Below, one piece after another: positions 58,900 through 59,750 of a stretch of DNA of 59,750 bases. The DNA is taken from positions 1-59,750 of the forward strand of contig JBIKWN010000010.1 in NCBI GenBank assembly GCA_044356295.1, read 5' to 3'. The translations under genes and the position numbers were made by a program. Under the pieces are notes generated by a model, which saw nothing but the letters and a program-made list of their open reading frames with translations, did no database searches and had not been told where the DNA came from. Every line of letters begins with the position of its first letter. Position 1 is the stretch's first letter. The DNA comes from Bdellovibrionota bacterium (GTDB lineage Bacteria > Bdellovibrionota_C > UBA2361 > JBIKWN01).

Positions 58900-59577
58900 A
58901 TGAAAAGAAAACAGAGTATTGATGCACTACTAGATAAAGCTTTGACAACTTTTAACGAAGTCGAATTGTTATACAAAAAATCACTCAACGAACAAGCCAT
59001 TGATGCTAGATTAAAAATTGATATTAAGAATATTTTTGAAAATCTTCGCTCCTGCCTTGATTATTTAGCGCTTGAAATAATCGAAAAATATTTACCAGCA
59101 CAGTCTGCAAAGATATATTTCCCCGTCACCTCTACAAAATCAGATTTTGAAAGTCGAGTTAACAAATATTTTCCTAACTTGATCAATTTATGTCCTGAAG
59201 TTTATCAATTGCTCGATCAAATCCAGCCCTACAACGATCCATGGCTTGGAAAATTTAACAAATTAAACAATGATAATAAGCACCAAGATTTGGTAGAGCA
59301 GATAAAATCAACAGAGAGAAGAGTTGATGTCCGTGATGCTTCGGGTGGTGGTGTGAGCTGGACATCGGGTATCACATTTGGCGCTGGCGTATCTGTTATG
59401 GGCGTTCCGATAGATACCAAGACACAGCTTCCGATAGCGAATAGCATCGTTAAAACTACGGTTACAACCTGGATCGATTTCAAATTTCAAAATACAGGCG
59501 ATTCTGTTTTGTCATTCATCACGGAATCAAGAAAGCGTGTGATCAAGCTAGTTAATGATTTGAGTTCCTTCCTTTAG
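58900..59577 (+). CDS. Cassette 4: hypothetical protein (possible HEPN-like fold)
   Basis: Helical N-terminus with ENLRSCLDYLA, IYFP and LNNDNKH. Confidence 0.78.
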   Translation: MKRKQSIDALLDKALTTFNEVELLYKKSLNEQAIDARLKIDIKNIFENLRSCLDYLALEIIEKYLPAQSAKIYFPVTSTKSDFESRVNKYFPNLINLCPEVYQLLDQIQPYNDPWLGKFNKLNNDNKHQDLVEQIKSTERRVDVRDASGGGVSWTSGITFGAGVSVMGVPIDTKTQLPIANSIVKTTVTTWIDFKFQNTGDSVLSFITESRKRVIKLVNDLSSFL

Positions 59578-59581
59578 GCCT

Positions 59582-59680
59582 GGCTAACAAAAAACGCCAC
59601 GCAGAATTGTAACCCATGGAGTTTTTTACATGATTAGAAGTCCCGTTTGGGTTACAATCTGGTGCGTTAAAACGTTATCC
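59582..59680 (+). other. attC site 4
   Basis: R'' GGCTAAC ... R' GTTATCC; AACGC[C]AC[G]CAGA[A]TTGTAACCCA pairs with TGGGTTACAATCTGGTGCGTT. Confidence 0.92.
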
Positions 59681-59749
59681 CTTTCTACCAAATCCAATGG
59701 GTTTCTTTTTACTGGTAGCAGACGGAGCCATTAATTGTTGAATTGCAAA
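59675..59749 (-). CDS. 3' end of a probable ORF6N-domain DNA-binding protein (partial)
   Basis: Manual translation FAIQQLMAPSATSKKKPIGFGRKG* resembles the F.AI.QLM.P....K..IGF tail of ORF6N proteins; only 24 codons visible. Confidence 0.55.
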   Translation of the reverse strand, partial: FAIQQLMAPSATSKKKPIGFGRKG

Positions 59750-59750
59750 T

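Larger units (their letters stand above)
55289..59750 (+). mobile_element. Integron-type gene-cassette array without adjacent integrase (CALIN-like); may continue past the window edge
   Basis: Four 95-99 bp attC sites; each cassette's left core site is complementary to its own right inverse core site; co-oriented orphan genes. Confidence 0.9.

Overview
AT-rich bacterial chromosomal window. The rpsP-trmD-SPOUT layout and many orphan secreted proteins suggest a deltaproteobacterial/Bdellovibrionota-like organism (inference). From left to right: (1) a secreted, almost proline-free (Gly-X-Ser/Thr)n collagen-like gene running off the left edge, missed by the ORF track, downstream of asnB, a GT4 and an ArnT-type gene; (2) a serB-like phosphatase and a 5.9 kb segment bracketed by inverted GC-rich palindromes, holding an AftB-like GT-C gene and an unusual 1346-aa FAD-oxidoreductase/SerC-like fusion; (3) rpsP-trmD, SGNH hydrolases, a pilin, uppP and a second ArnT; (4) a divergent arginine locus (argH | argR-DUF1611-argC-argD-argF'-argB) with tandem ARG boxes, followed by tdh-kbl; (5) a hybrid sensor kinase, arfB and orphans; (6) a GIY-YIG gene with REP-like repeats converging on tmRNA (ssrA), whose 5' leader is duplicated and carries an antisense copy of the tmRNA 5' region, then smpB, alaX, panD, panB, nagZ; (7) nth, fabF, hda-like and murA (Cys-to-Asp variant); (8) from 55.1 kb, an integron-type cassette array (attI-like site plus 4 attC sites) with no adjacent integrase, preceded by three 11-7-11 palindromes. 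Several disrupted genes are present. All family assignments come from motif recognition by eye; no database searches were run.
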